This document shows, piece by piece, positions 12,400-24,969 of a stretch of DNA of 64,000 nucleotides. The stretch lies in NCBI GenBank assembly GCA_028534125.1, contig CM052816.1, positions 84,632,001 to 84,696,000 of the forward strand. The letters run 5' to 3'. Numbering within the stretch: the first letter of the stretch is position 1; each line of letters starts with the position of its first letter. Made by a program: the position numbers and the translations under genes. This DNA is from Lama glama (Eukaryota). The notes beneath the pieces are model-generated. The model saw nothing but the letters and a program-made list of their open reading frames with translations. It searched no databases and had not been told where the DNA came from.

Positions 12400-15300
12400 T
12401 AATCACAGTGCCTGAAAGTCTGGGGGCTGATTCTAACCCTGAAACTAGGAGGAATGAAAGAGCCTATAAAAATTCAGATGGATATGACTAAGCCTCTTTC
12501 TAAATTGCCTCAATATCCACAAAAGCCTGAGGCCATACAAGGCCTCGCACTCATCAAAAGTGGAGGATCTAATAGCACAGGGGCTGAGCACTCCCTGCAC
12601 CAGCCCCTCTAACACACTAATTTTGCCAGGCTGGAAACCTAAAGGGAGGGGATGGCAATTTGTCCAGGACTTGAGAGCAATTAATAAGATTGTTATTCTT
12701 TATTTCTCAGTTTTTCCAAACCCCAACACACTAATATTATAAGATCGGCCAGACTGAAAATGGTTTACTGTTGTGGACTTTTGTTCAGCTTTTTGCAGCC
12801 TCTCTGTAGATCCTAACAGCTAAAATCTATTTGCCCTTACTTAGAACGGTCAACAATATACCTGCAGAATCATGCCTCAAGGGTTACTGAGGCCCCTTCT
12901 TACTTCTTCCAAGTGCTCCATCGAGATTTAAGCGTCCTCCAATTCCCTGGGGAAATTGACCCTTTACAATATGTAGATAACCTCTTGCAATGCTTAATGA
13001 CCAAGGAGGTGTCCTTAAAAGGTTCCATTTATTTGTTGTAACATTTAGCTGAAAAAGGGCCCAAAGTCTCTAAATTATAAATATCTATCTAGTTGCCGAA
13101 GGAATCCAGCTATCTCAGAAGAGAATTAAGCTAATTCAAGAATTTCCTAGTCTCACAACTAAATGACAGCTTCATGGATTAGCAGGTCTAGCTGGTTATT
13201 GCAGACTATAGTTCTGTTTGGCTTCCTCACCCTATGAACTTACCAAACTTTCAGTCCCTGAACCCCTTCCTTGTGAAGATAAACATGAGTAGGCCTTTAG
13301 AAAACGGAAACAATGACTAAAGAACCACCTGTTCCAGGGCTACCTAACAGTTCAAAACCTTTCACCTTACTTGTGCATGAAAGAGACAACCAAGCCCTGG
13401 GAATGCTCACACAAGAACGTGTCAACAACCCAGCCCGTTGCCTATCACAGCACACAGCTGGGTCAGTTGCTCATGCCTAACCCAGCCATCTTAAGGCTAC
13501 AGCCACTGTAGCTGCTAAGTTCACAGAAGCCTCAGCAGATTTAACCCTAGGAAATGACATTTATTTTCAAATTACACAAGCTGTTCAAAGTTTTCTTAAC
13601 TCTAAATGGCTCAGTATTCTGTTAGAGCAGGCAGACAGCTAGATAGGAGCAGAGAAAGGGGGACACAGGCCAATTGGCAGGAACTGGATAGAAAGGAGGG
13701 GCATGGGCCAAATACAGAAAATGATACATCATGTAAGCACCAGAGGTCCCTGGGCAGAGAAAGAAAACCAGAAACCTCTGGGCTAATAATCAGTCATATC
13801 TTTTGGGATGACAAGAGGCCTGGAGGCTGACAAAGAAAGGTGGGAAGAGGCAGGAATCTCCAGTGTCTGAATGTAACCTTTTGCTCATTATTGTCCTCAT
13901 TTCAATAAAATTAGCCTTGCAGATCAGAAGTACCCATCATGCACCGACGCCACGACACTTCCGATCCAGACTAAACAAGGACAAAAATCCCTCCTCCCTT
14001 CAGGAAGGTGGAGTTGGAATGAAAATCATGGGATTACAACCACAAATCCCTCCCCAATGAATATTCCGCCCACGTATTTTCACACTCTGTGTAACCAGCT
14101 TGCCACAGAAACTCAGGACAGCTGCTCACCAGAGCCCGCCTGCTCTCCCCTTGAGAGTGTACTATCCACCCCTTAATAGATCCCCACTTTACTTCCTTAA
14201 CCTCTGCATCCTGTCTCTGAATTCTTTCTGCTGTGGGGAAAAAACCTAGACACCCGGTACTGGCAACAATTTCTCTGCAAGCAGACTAAACTTCTGTGAG
14301 ATTCTTCTGCTTTAACTGCCTAACTTACCTCATAAAGTGGCAACATTCTTAATCCTGCTGCCTTATGGTTTCTCTCTGATGAAAATGAGCCCTATGACTT
14401 TGAGGTAATAATGTTCCATTTTGTGACACTGTGTTATGGTTTACAAGGCACCCCTTTAACTAATCCTGATCTGATCTTGTGTGTTGATGGTTCACATTAT
14501 AGAAATAAAAGAGAAAAATTCTGAATTGGTTATGCTGTTACCACCTAGTATGAACTAGTGTGAACTACTTGAAAGAGGAAATTTCCCACAAGCTAAATCA
14601 GCCCAATAAGCAAAGCCCCATGCCCTTGTCAGAGCGCAGTAGTTGCCAGAAGGGCAAACTGTTAATATTTATACTGACAGCCAGTGTACCTTTGAAGTTG
14701 TGCATGAGTTGGGGATGTTATGGAAATAAAAGGGTTTCCTTACCCCAACTGGGGCTTCGTTCATAAAAGGACAGGTAAACAATCTTACTGCTATTCTCTC
14801 ATCTTATGAAATTGCTGTCATCAAAATTGAGGCTCACATTAAAAGACTGAACCTGAGTTTCAGGAAAACATCCTGGCTGACTTTTAAGCAAAAGCAGAAG
14901 AAACAGAATCTACAAAGATGGTGGCACATGTAGATGAAGTCCATTCTGCTTCTATAAAAAATGACCCCTCTGGCCAGACTTTTGCCATCCTGATGTCCTT
15001 GCAATATGCCAACAATCTGCTCCTAAATCAGAGACACTTAAATGAGCAAATGTAAATGAAATGAACAGGAAGCCCAAGATGGCTGCTTGCTTCTTCCTGG
15101 CAAACCCTATTTTTCAGCTTTTGTATTTTTTCACTCACCATGGTGCATTTAATATGACTGCTTAAATAGACTGATCGTAAATAGACATCGATGGGGAGAC
15201 TTCTATAAGACTGTGAAAACAGTTCACCACTAATGTCTGACCTACCAATATCAGTAATTCTGGAAAATTTATTTTTGTTCCCAGAGGCCTCAAATCTCCT

Positions 15301-15755
15301 CCCTCTGGAGCCCCTGGACACCTGCAGCTGAACCTCATTCAATTATCACTTAGTCTGAGTTATCAGCATGTTCTTATTATTGTTTATATGTTTTCAGGAT
15401 GGGTCGAAGCCTTCCCCTGCCCTCCGGCTGATGCCCTCAGAGTAGCAAAGAAACTGTAAGAAACCATGTTTCCTGCTTGGGTGTGTCTTCCACAGTCTCC
15501 ATCCACTTCACTGAGCAAATCATACAAGCCTTAGCAAAAACTCCTTGGAATTATCACCTTCCCTATCACCCTCAATCATCAGGCAAAGTTGAGAGAACTA
15601 ATGGGATCCTCAAACTTAGAATCTCTAAACTGCTTGAACCTACTGGACTCCCTTGGCGTAAGGTATTGCCTCTGACCTTGCTGACTGTTTAAAGTACCCA
15701 CTTTGGGGAACATAAGCTCACTCCACATGAAACAGTCACCGGCAAACCAGTGAAA
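12400..15755 (+). pseudogene. pol: ERV pol remnant (RT, RNase H, integrase), interrupted by a solo LTR
   Basis: RT: 'PCTSPSNTLILP..KPKGRGWQFVQDLRAINKIV', 'WFTVVDFCSAF', 'MPQG', 'LQYVDNLL'. RNase H: 'LILCVDGS', 'VNIYTDS', 'AVIKIEAH'. IN: 'MFSGWVEAFPC', 'YHPQSSGKVERTNGILK'. Confidence 0.93.
13620..14268 (+). mobile_element. ERV1-class solo LTR nested in pol (tether region)
   Basis: Begins 'tgttagagc' and ends 'ggcaaca' (TGTT...AACA inverted termini), with a 4-bp TSD ATTC/ATTT. Its removal restores pol '..QYFSASRL'. It is unrelated to the host provirus LTRs. Confidence 0.85.
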
Positions 15756-15799
15756 CTAAGACCTCATGATTGACTACACTTGATTTACATCATCAAGTT

Positions 15800-16340
15800 A
15801 CAAAGGACCTACCAGGAGGTGCTCATGACTCAGTTTGCTTCCTTTGACAGGGCTATACTAGTTAGGAGTAAATGTAAATGAAAATGTGATAAGAATCTTT
15901 CATTAACTCTTAAAGATATTTCAGAATCCAGTGCTAAAACAAAAATCCTTAAACTCTCTGGCCAAAGTTGTTATTGATAATAGGATAGCCCTGGTTTGTC
16001 TTTTAGCTGAGCAGGGATGCAACCCTATCTGCTGCACCTGGACTAACACCTCTGGGTATGTTGAAACTCAGTTACATAAGATCACCAAGCAAGCCACTTA
16101 CCTTAAAAGGATAACTCTTTGAACGAGGTCTTTCTTTGACTTACTTGATTTTGATTGGTTTGGTCCTTGGGGATCATGCCTTCAAAGTACACTCCAAACA
16201 TCGAGGACTATAAAGCTTATTATAACCATAATAATCTACCTTGGGTATTGTATTCTATCAAAAGCTTTAAAGGCATATTCACAGCTACTAGCCACCAAGC
16301 AAATGATCTCCCTAAGACTGGAATATTAGAAAAGAAGCAA
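15800..16340 (+). pseudogene. env: env remnant, TM subunit only
   Basis: 'DLPGGAHDS', then 'KSLNSLAKVVIDNRIALVCLLAEQG' (immunosuppressive domain), 'C..ICCTWTNTSGYVE' (eroded CX6CC) and a W-rich membrane-proximal 'FDWFGPWG'. No SU sequence is present. Confidence 0.85.
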
Positions 16341-16518
16341 AGAGAATGACCAACTTAAGCATTGTGAACCTGGAGCTTTGACCTGTGAATGCCACAAGGA
16401 TTAAGTACAAATGTTATGACCACACAAAGGATCAAAAAAAAAGTTGTGAGTGGTAGCAGTGAGCATAGCTAATGCCTAAAATATTGATCACATCTCTCAC
16501 TTAAGCTGTGAGAGGAAC

Positions 16519-16934
16519 TGTTGAGGGGAAAAAAAAAAACCCACCAAATAGAAACCCCTACATGCCACAAATGGAATCACTTGTGCTGGGCCCACATCAC
16601 CAAACCAAAACTTGAACCTAACCTGACTAGTTTCAGCCCCTGCCAAGAATGTGCTCTTAACCAGTCAGTCTGGAATTTCCTGGTCAGCACCCAAGGTAAT
16701 CCACTTAACAGACACTTTTGTCTCCCACAGGAAGGTAACCTTGATTGCAATAATCCGTTTTTTCATTTATGACTTCCTTGTCCCACACCTTCTCTGTCTT
16801 TAAAATCCTTTCCTTTTCTGTTGTTCTTTGGAACTTCTTGCTATTTGCTGAATAGGATGCTGCTCAATTCATGGATCATTTAATAAAATTAATTAGTTCT
16901 TCAAATTTACTCAGTAAAGTTCTGTTTTTTAACA
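16519..16934 (+). repeat. 3' LTR of provirus 1, preceded by a polypurine tract
   Basis: 'gagaggaac' then TGTTG...TTAACA, with AATAAA at about 16882. Homologous to 8850-9224. Confidence 0.88.
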
Positions 16935-19447
16935 CACATACACAAGTGTTCAAAGTTACTCAATGATTATACATTACATATAAATAATATATATTTTTTT
17001 CTATTATAGCAATTTACACAATTATTTTTAAAGGTGAGATCACTGTGTCTGTTGCACTTTGATGGAAATATAGCAGACAAGATTATTCAAAACTTCACTT
17101 TACAACATGACCATGGTTTTTTCCTGAATTGCTCTTAAAAAGTATTACCATCTGTCCTGATTTCCATCAGGAAACAGTATCAACAGTCATGACCCTTGTC
17201 ATGAAGTTAGCGGGACATTGACCTCTACTTGGTGGAAGCAGGAAGGAATAGGCATTTGTTCTTAGTCAGTGTCAGAAGCTCCTAAAGAGGGGTGATGCTG
17301 GTGCTCTCCTCTTATCTCCCTACATCTTGTTCTTTTTACTCTAATTTGCTGAAGCCACATACAACCACTTCAGTTGGATTCAAGGGGAAAGAGAAGTTAC
17401 AAAGAAAATTCAAATTCTATTCATTATCATCAAGTCATTACTTAGGTGGAACTCTAAAAGACTGGTGATTACAATATTTAAAAAACTAAAACTCAACAAT
17501 GAACAGTTTTTAAGAAGGATTTTGTGTCATTTCTCATCTCTAACTATGACTGTTACAATAAATAGTGTAATTCAGATTTCCCCAAAGAGCAAGTAATGAA
17601 TTCACTTTATAGGTAACTGTAGTGTTATTTTATTGTGGGTCTTATTTTTTTTCCTTTTGGCAATGATGCAAATCTAGAACTTCACCTCAATATCTTTTCC
17701 CATAAAAATAAATTACATGATTCAAATGTTAAATCTATCACTAGAAACATCACTTGATTATGAAGATACCATAATCAATAAATGTATTCTAAAAGATTTT
17801 TCCTTTTTTGCCAAGTTTTCTTAAATCAAATCATGCTTGCATTCATTTTTTAATTGGTTGAATTTGCCCACTGAAAGATGTGCAAAGCAGTGCATTTATT
17901 AATGATAGCTGTATACAATTATTTGTAAACATATTGGGATGATTCACACAAAATATGTATTATTCATATTACTTGTTTTCTATAATTCAATGTCAGTCTT
18001 TTCCTTATAATGAGTTAAAAATTTATAATATGTGTAGCCCAGGAATATGGTATGTACATTAGGGCGTATATCAATACTCTATTAGGCAAATGAAGCTACA
18101 AAATATGGCAACATATCAGTGTAGCTGTTCTGCCTCCTTTTCATTTTGCTGTTACAAACCTCTGTTGGGTATGAGATATGGAGGAGATATTTTCAAATTT
18201 CAAGTAAGTGGATCATGAAATGAGATTCTGTCAATAGTCCCAACATATTTTCTCTTCTGTGATAAAAGTTGTTCACTAGTCCTATGGAGAACAATGCTTA
18301 AATATGACCAGTAGAGAAAATTCAGCCACCTTAAGCATTAACAATATGATATTAAAAAAAAAAAGTCTTTGGTTAATTTGCCCCTTTTGAAAGGTGAGGG
18401 AAAAAATATGACCCAAATTTAGTATAGACAAGTTTCCAAGACAGCAGTTCAAATAGAAGGTTTCAACTCATTGTAGTCCTATATTCACACTTTTAAAAGG
18501 CTTTTGGGATAACAGCGAACCACAGGAAGTGTGCTTCCACACAGCTGGGAAGGAAGGTCTGAAAGAACCCACGCTGTCCTCATCTCGGCCCACTAGATTG
18601 CTGCTGCCAGCTTCGGTTTAAGTCCTCTGGTCACTCAGCATTGATTTCACTCAGAGTCTGTCACAGAGAAGCCAATCAGGAGTGATTGTTCAATTGTCTC
18701 ACTTCTAAAACAGACACTGAGCCTGAAATAAGTCCAATGCCCACTAAGTTTTTCACCTCAAAAAGGTGGAAAGGGTCATAGGAAATAACAAAGCCTTTTC
18801 AGTCAATTGAAGCAAATAGTCACAACGGAAATATCTGAAATCTTGGAGATTAGTTTATCCAGAAAAAAAGGAAAAAAAGATTACCTTAAAAGATTTTTAG
18901 TTAGAGGGGTCTCCGTTAAACCATTATTAGATTTCATCTTTCTCACACTTGCTAGTGGATAAATCATATTTATGAGAATGCCATGTGATGATGTAAGGCT
19001 ACACTATAAAATAAAACTTGTATCTGTGCTAATTATTGACCTTATACTCTGAGATAACAATCAGTATTAACTTAATCAGTTTAGTTACATCATGTCAAGT
19101 TAATTCCAGATTCTGCCTGACAAAGTCTTATTTATTTTGTGTGATTTTATGAAGTAATCATTATTTTGAGTTTTTAATCAGTCCATAAAAGTATGAACAG
19201 CATTTATTGATATTTATTTCAGATTCAGATTGCATGTAGATCCCATAAGATAACTGAAAAAAGTGACTTCCTTTGCACATGAACATGGAAGTTATTTGGA
19301 AAGTTGTGGCTGTTCCAAAACACAATTTGTGTGGTGTTTCTTAAGCATCCTTTGTCATGATTGTGGAAGATGCTAATAGTCTCTTCTTATTGACACTTTG
19401 CTGGCATCTTTTACAGACAGAATCATCCCAGAGCCCTAGGATACCTA

Positions 19448-19806
19448 TGCTACAGATTGAATTTTTATGCTATCCCCCAAATTCATATGCTAAATGCTAA
19501 TCACATCAATTTGATGTTACTTGGAAGTGGAGCCTTTGATTGGGTTATGAAGATGGGGCTTCATGAATGAAATTAGTGACCTTATAAAAGAGACCTCAGA
19601 GGGCTTACTTGCCCCTCCACGCAAGTGAAGACACAGTGAAAAGAAAGCCACCTATGAACAGAAAGCATGTCCACACCATATATCAAATCTGCCCATGCCC
19701 TGACCTGGGACTTCCCAGTCTTCAGAACAGTGAGAAATAAATTTATGTAGTTTATAAGCCACCCAGTCCATGGTATTCTGTTATAGTAACCCAATTAGAC
19801 TATGCA
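19448..19806 (+). mobile_element. MaLR solo LTR (MLT1A-like)
   Basis: 'tcccccaaattcatatg', 'attagtgaccttataaaagagacctcagag', 'ggacttcccagtcttcagaacagtgagaaataaatt' and 'tttataagccacccagtccatggtattctgttatag'. Confidence 0.88.
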
Positions 19807-19809
19807 AAG

Positions 19810-20155
19810 AGTTTTTCCCAGTATATGACTTGTTTTTCAGGTTCTTATTAGTGTCCTTTGAAAGAACCAAGTTTTCAATTTTGATCAAGTCTAATTTCTT
19901 GTTTTTTTCTTTTATACATTGGGCTTTGGGTGTTGTATCTAAAAGTTCTTCACTTAATCCAAGATAAAAAATATCTCACTTAATTTTTCTTCTAAAAGTC
20001 TTTTGTTTTTATTCTTATGATTTGAGTTGACATTCCTTATGGTGTAAAATACAGGTCTAAATTATTATTATTTTTGTTGTTGTTCATGGATATCTAGTTG
20101 TCTCACCTCTATTTGTTGAAAATATTTTTCATTCTCCACTAAGTTGCTTCAGTCA
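19810..20155 (-). mobile_element. Old LINE-1 ORF2 fragment
   Basis: 'aagttttcaattttgatcaagtctaattt...tttggtgttgtatctaaaa...catggatatctagttgtctcacc...atttgttgaaaa'. Confidence 0.8.
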
Positions 20156-21185
20156 ACTGGTAAATTCTCCATGAGGCCAAAGGTGCCAAATCTCATATAT
20201 TCCACTTTCATTTAATGATGGTATCTAGCAGATGGTACCAAGATCTATGGTTTTGTGGGTCAACTGACACATATTTTATGAAGGCAGCTTAGGTCACATG
20301 GTAACTTCTTGGCATACATTCTAGAATTCAGACTGTATTGAAACCTGGGTCTTAAAGAGTAATTGGTCTAAAACCTTAAATGTTTTACTGTGACTCTTCA
20401 ATAGGGACCTGTCAAAGTTTTCATAAACACCCTTATTGGCCATAGACGCTTCTAGCACCAATCTCATCTGCTGGGTCATACAGCCAATTAGAAGAGCCCC
20501 TTACACAGCACTGGACCAGGGTATACTTTTCTCTAGAATATATCGAGAAAGTTCCAACATTTTAACTTCATTTAAGTTACTTTTTGGGTCCAAGTTTCAA
20601 TCAACCAACCACTTTAAAGTCATTCAAGTTAACACAATGCACCCAGACTCTGATTAGTGAATCCCTACAAATAAAGAAAGTCTGAAACAGTATTATATTT
20701 CTTCCAACCTGATTCAATACCTTTAGACTCTTGTATGTGTTCTCCAGATTTTGGTCAATATAAATTGCCAGAATCTTGCATTTTTTCCCTTCTGTGCATA
20801 GCAACTCTTTACTAGTTACACTTTGTATTTTACCTTATAAGTTCAGCTGAGACTTGAATCTGATTATAGGTCTAGAAACAAGGAGAGGTGGAAGCACCAG
20901 GTCCCCAGAAGCATCAGCAGTTCTTCGCAAGGCTGCTATCTCAAGGGAGACTATTACAAATTCTTAGAGAAAGAGAAGATCAATGTCCTCAGACAAGAGG
21001 AAGTGCTGCTCTATTGAGGAAAAAGACTTTGGAGAATTTAGGGTCTATGGTTTAGGATTCATAATAATCTTACCATATGGCTCTATCTGTGTGTACAGCA
21101 GAACATGAAGACTTAAGATGAAAGAGGAGAAATGTTCAGAAAGACATCAGCATAGTTAAAGGTGTGAAATAAAATTCTTATTTTA

Positions 21186-21640
21186 TGGTAAGACAAGAAA
21201 AATTTAAACATAAAAAATTTTCTCTGCCCTTTGTCCTCCTCTCTCTCCTTTATTGTATATTATGCATCTGCATTAGGCATTGACCAAACCTTCCCATAGG
21301 CAGAAATATCTGCTCAACCACAAAGAGCAACATTCTCCCAGCACTGACAAGACAACTCCTTAAAAGATAACAGTTCTTGATCTTGTAAGGGACCATAATG
21401 CCCATGACCCACTACTCACTTTGTACACTTAGATTTGAACTGAGTAAACTGTCAATAATACGTCGTGTAATGTACAGCCCTCTGTCTCTAAAAACTTACA
21501 TAACTGTGCTTTGATTTCTAATGACTGGAACAGTTCTCAGAGCTTTCTGAGAGGCTTTCTGTGGGATATAATCTTCAATTTAGCTCAAATAAAATTTTCC
21601 ATTTCTTTCTTAGATCAACTGATTGATTTTTTCATCTATG
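21186..21640 (+). mobile_element. ERV1-class solo LTR (artiodactyl type)
   Basis: LTR-like organisation: 'aaaaacttacataactg' TATA region, 'ggaacagttctcagagctttctgagaggct' R region, then 'ctcaaataaaattttcc' polyA signal. Confidence 0.7.
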
Positions 21641-22658
21641 AAAGAACAGATGAAAGTAATTACAGAAGGTAGGTATGTTTTATAGGACATAAAAACAAGC
21701 AAAGCTTGCATTCTATTGTCTTTCAAGTTATACCAGAATAGTAAGCTAGAATTATACTGAAAATTGAAAAGTAATTTTGTATATTTGCATGTATGTAATG
21801 TCATACACATGCATATAAACAATTGCAAAAATTTTTTATAATAAAAGATTTTTTAATTGCAAAAGGATACTTTCTGCTGCTTGTAACTGCTTCCTTTCCA
21901 TTTAAGCCTTTTTTTATTTCAATTTTGCCCATATACCAATTCTTGGTTTATCCCTTGTCAGTCTTAATTTTTCATAATTGATTGATACTGACTACTTCAG
22001 GAGGAAATTATTTAACTGTGATTGACTGGGGACATTTAACTTTATTGAAAAGAAACAGCAGGGGGAAAATGGAGGAAATAGTAAATGTGCTCATTTGTAA
22101 GAAAAAGACTTCAGACACAGTTTGGCTCCTTGAGCTGAATAAAGGCTTATTGAGATTAAGTTGACATAATTAATTGAATACAAATTTTATATCCTTTCTT
22201 GTAAAATGAAATTAGAGATGACTATCTTATTTGAAATTTAATAAGACATGAATATGTTCAGAGACTTTATAATGAAATACACATAAATGAAATAAAAATC
22301 ACCAAGACAATGTTTCAAAATCACTTCAGAAATATTTACCCCTGAAATATATTACTTTTGAAAAACTCAATTAATAAAGTAGATATTACATCTTATATAT
22401 TTGAGATATATATGTATAGTCAGAGAAGATCTTATAACCATTCACATTTTACTGATTAGAAACTTCAGATTCAAAGAGAAAAAGCCACAGCATCAGCTAG
22501 TGTCTGGCCTGCCATTCAAGCCAGGTCTTCTCACTCTAGATCCTGTTTTGCTGTTGTTGTTGTTCTCCAACATTTCTTTTCCATTGTACTACTTTTGCTT
22601 GCCTCAGAATATAATGTGCTAATGCTTCTGGTAACACTAATAAGCTGCCTACTGAACA

Positions 22659-23212
22659 TGTAGACTGGGGAGCAGGGTTGGACAACTTTCCTTCTACCGT
22701 TCTAGGTTCTTGGCTGAGACCATCCCCCCGTGATAAAAGACAGATTAACAGAGGAAAAACAAACATAAATTTAATAACATGTATACCTCCTGCTTACATA
22801 AGCAATATCAAGGAAAACTGAGTAACTCTTTGAAATGGTCTAAGCCATCACCTTAAATACCATTTCCATTTGAAGACAAAAGATGTTGGGGGGGGGGTGT
22901 TGGAGGCCAGTTATGGGAGGGGACTGGTAAAAGGTACAGTCGAAAAGGGTAAAGTTATTATGCAGATTTTAGTCCATGCTTTCTCCGTTGATAGGAGTTT
23001 CAAGAGACTTAGTCATTCTCTTCTTCCTGGTACAGAAGGGGACACACTTATAAACAGAGATTTCCCTTATGAATGTGTCTCTTGTAAAAGGATAACTTCT
23101 CCATGAATTTCTGAGCTTCTCCTCTATCTGCTGTTTGTTAAACATAGCCAAATTAAGATAATCCTTATTCCAAAGAAGTATATTTGAGTGTGGCAAATTC
23201 TGCTCCCCTTCA
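22659..23212 (-). mobile_element. ERV1 solo LTR, MER34-like
   Basis: The - strand start 'tgaaggggagcagaatttgccacactcaaatatacttctttgg' and TG...CA ends. Clearly homologous to 34990-35509. Confidence 0.8.
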
Positions 23213-24822
23213 AGTCATAAGCCAACACTAAATACCTGATGAAAACTCTTTACACAAAAATCGAAATAAAGGTACTTTCTCCTAATCTAATTGGTAGATA
23301 AACAAAATTTGGAGAAAAGAAAAAAAGAGGCAGATTGAATGTATTTATATTTTATGTCTGTTTGAATAGCTAATATAAACAAAATTGGAGAGATTACAAT
23401 TCAAAACTCTTTTAGATATTATTTTATAGTAATTTCTATCAAAATTTACTTAAAATATCAAATAAAGATTGTTTCTACACATATTTAATCACTTTCCCAT
23501 CTTCAAATGCTATTTTGTACTCTTACCCCAAAATATGCCATCTTTGATCTTTCATATTTTAACCTTCTAAATCTCTTCCAATTGTTTGAAACACATGGAG
23601 ATTGTCACTTTTATATTTTTTCTTAAATACTCTTTTGTTCCAGACTGCTCATTCATTCCAGTATTTCTACAAGCAATGCCATGTTAACCTCCTGTAATTA
23701 GGGAAAATGCAACCATTCTGAATGTTGTAGGGATAACATTAGGTCACTGAGTTCATAATACATTTAACATGTTCACTTATAAGTTATGAATACAATCACA
23801 CACCACCACAGCAAGGTTATGTATTGGTATACATGATGAAAAAGAATTACAAAAACACCAAGTTAACATCAAATAAGGAAATAAATTAAGAGTAGAAGGT
23901 ATTAGAACTGAAAGTACTGACAGTTTTGCATTCATGAGCAATTCTGGCTTGCTTTCCCAGTATCATCACTCAGCAGAGTCTCTAAATGTGACATTTTGAT
24001 GAAGGTTGTCTTTATGTGATTGGTTGCTTTCATTTTTTAGATGTTAGAAACAGTCCAAGAAACAAAATAATATATCAAACAGTGCAAGAGAAAATGAATA
24101 CAGGAACTTTATGCATAATATTTTGAGCGATGAAGGCAAACTTGCTAGAAAACAAAATTATGCTAGCTAATATATACTCAGCTAATAAAATAGAAATAAT
24201 TCCCAAAATTAAAGTGACATTTAGAAATGTAAAATAATATTAATATATGCATCCATTTGGTCAATGAATGTTACTTTATATTACCTAGTCTCCTAGAATA
24301 GAATCTTATTCACCAAGTCACATGTCTTTCTCTCCATGCTTTACATACTTAGCAAAACTCTTGGTAAACAGAAAATAATGTTAAATATTATTGAACCTGG
24401 CATAATTATTAAAATGGCTATTCATTAGAATTTTGTGCAAATGTTTAGTAACACCTGGGATTTGAACCAGGTTACCTATTCTACTTCTTAATATAAATCA
24501 AATGAGTAAGACCATCATTTTAATGTTTTTGTTTTAAAATAGCTTCCTAGAATTATTCTTCCAAGTTTACAATTTTGGTGAAGGTACAGAAATTTATGAA
24601 TTGTCAGACAAAATTCTTAGTATAATTTTGAGATCAGAAAACATCTTAGAGATTATGTGGTATCACCATTTTTTAAATGATGAAATAAGTGAGTTCCAAA
24701 GACTTAGGTGTCTCTACTATTATCTCATAGTTTGTAGTACAAATATCTACAAAATTTAGTACAAAACAAGAGGGGAAAAAAAAATCTGTTTTGGCAGCTA
24801 TCCAGAAAAAATGTAAAAAAAA

Positions 24823-24825
24823 GGA

Positions 24826-24868
<43 letters not shown>

Positions 24869-24891
24869 GAAGAAAGGAAGAAAGGAAGAAA

Positions 24892-24964
<73 letters not shown>
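24823..24964 (+). repeat. Compound (GAAA)n/(GAAAGGAA)n microsatellite
   Basis: Long GAAA runs flanking a few GGAAGAAA units. This explains the FLSF-repeat ORFs on the - strand. Confidence 0.97.

Positions 24965-24969
<5 letters not shown>

Larger units (their letters stand above)
8810..16934 (+). mobile_element. Decayed near-full-length ERV1-class (gammaretrovirus-like) provirus
   Basis: Two homologous LTRs, PBS, ordered gag-pro-pol-env remnants and a purine tract before the 3' LTR. All frames are broken by stops and frameshifts. Confidence 0.93.

Noticed and set aside
15931..16122. 63-aa env ORF as a domesticated syncytin-like gene
   Set aside because: It has no signal peptide or SU, the CX6CC is eroded, there are frameshifts on both sides, and the start codon is GTG.
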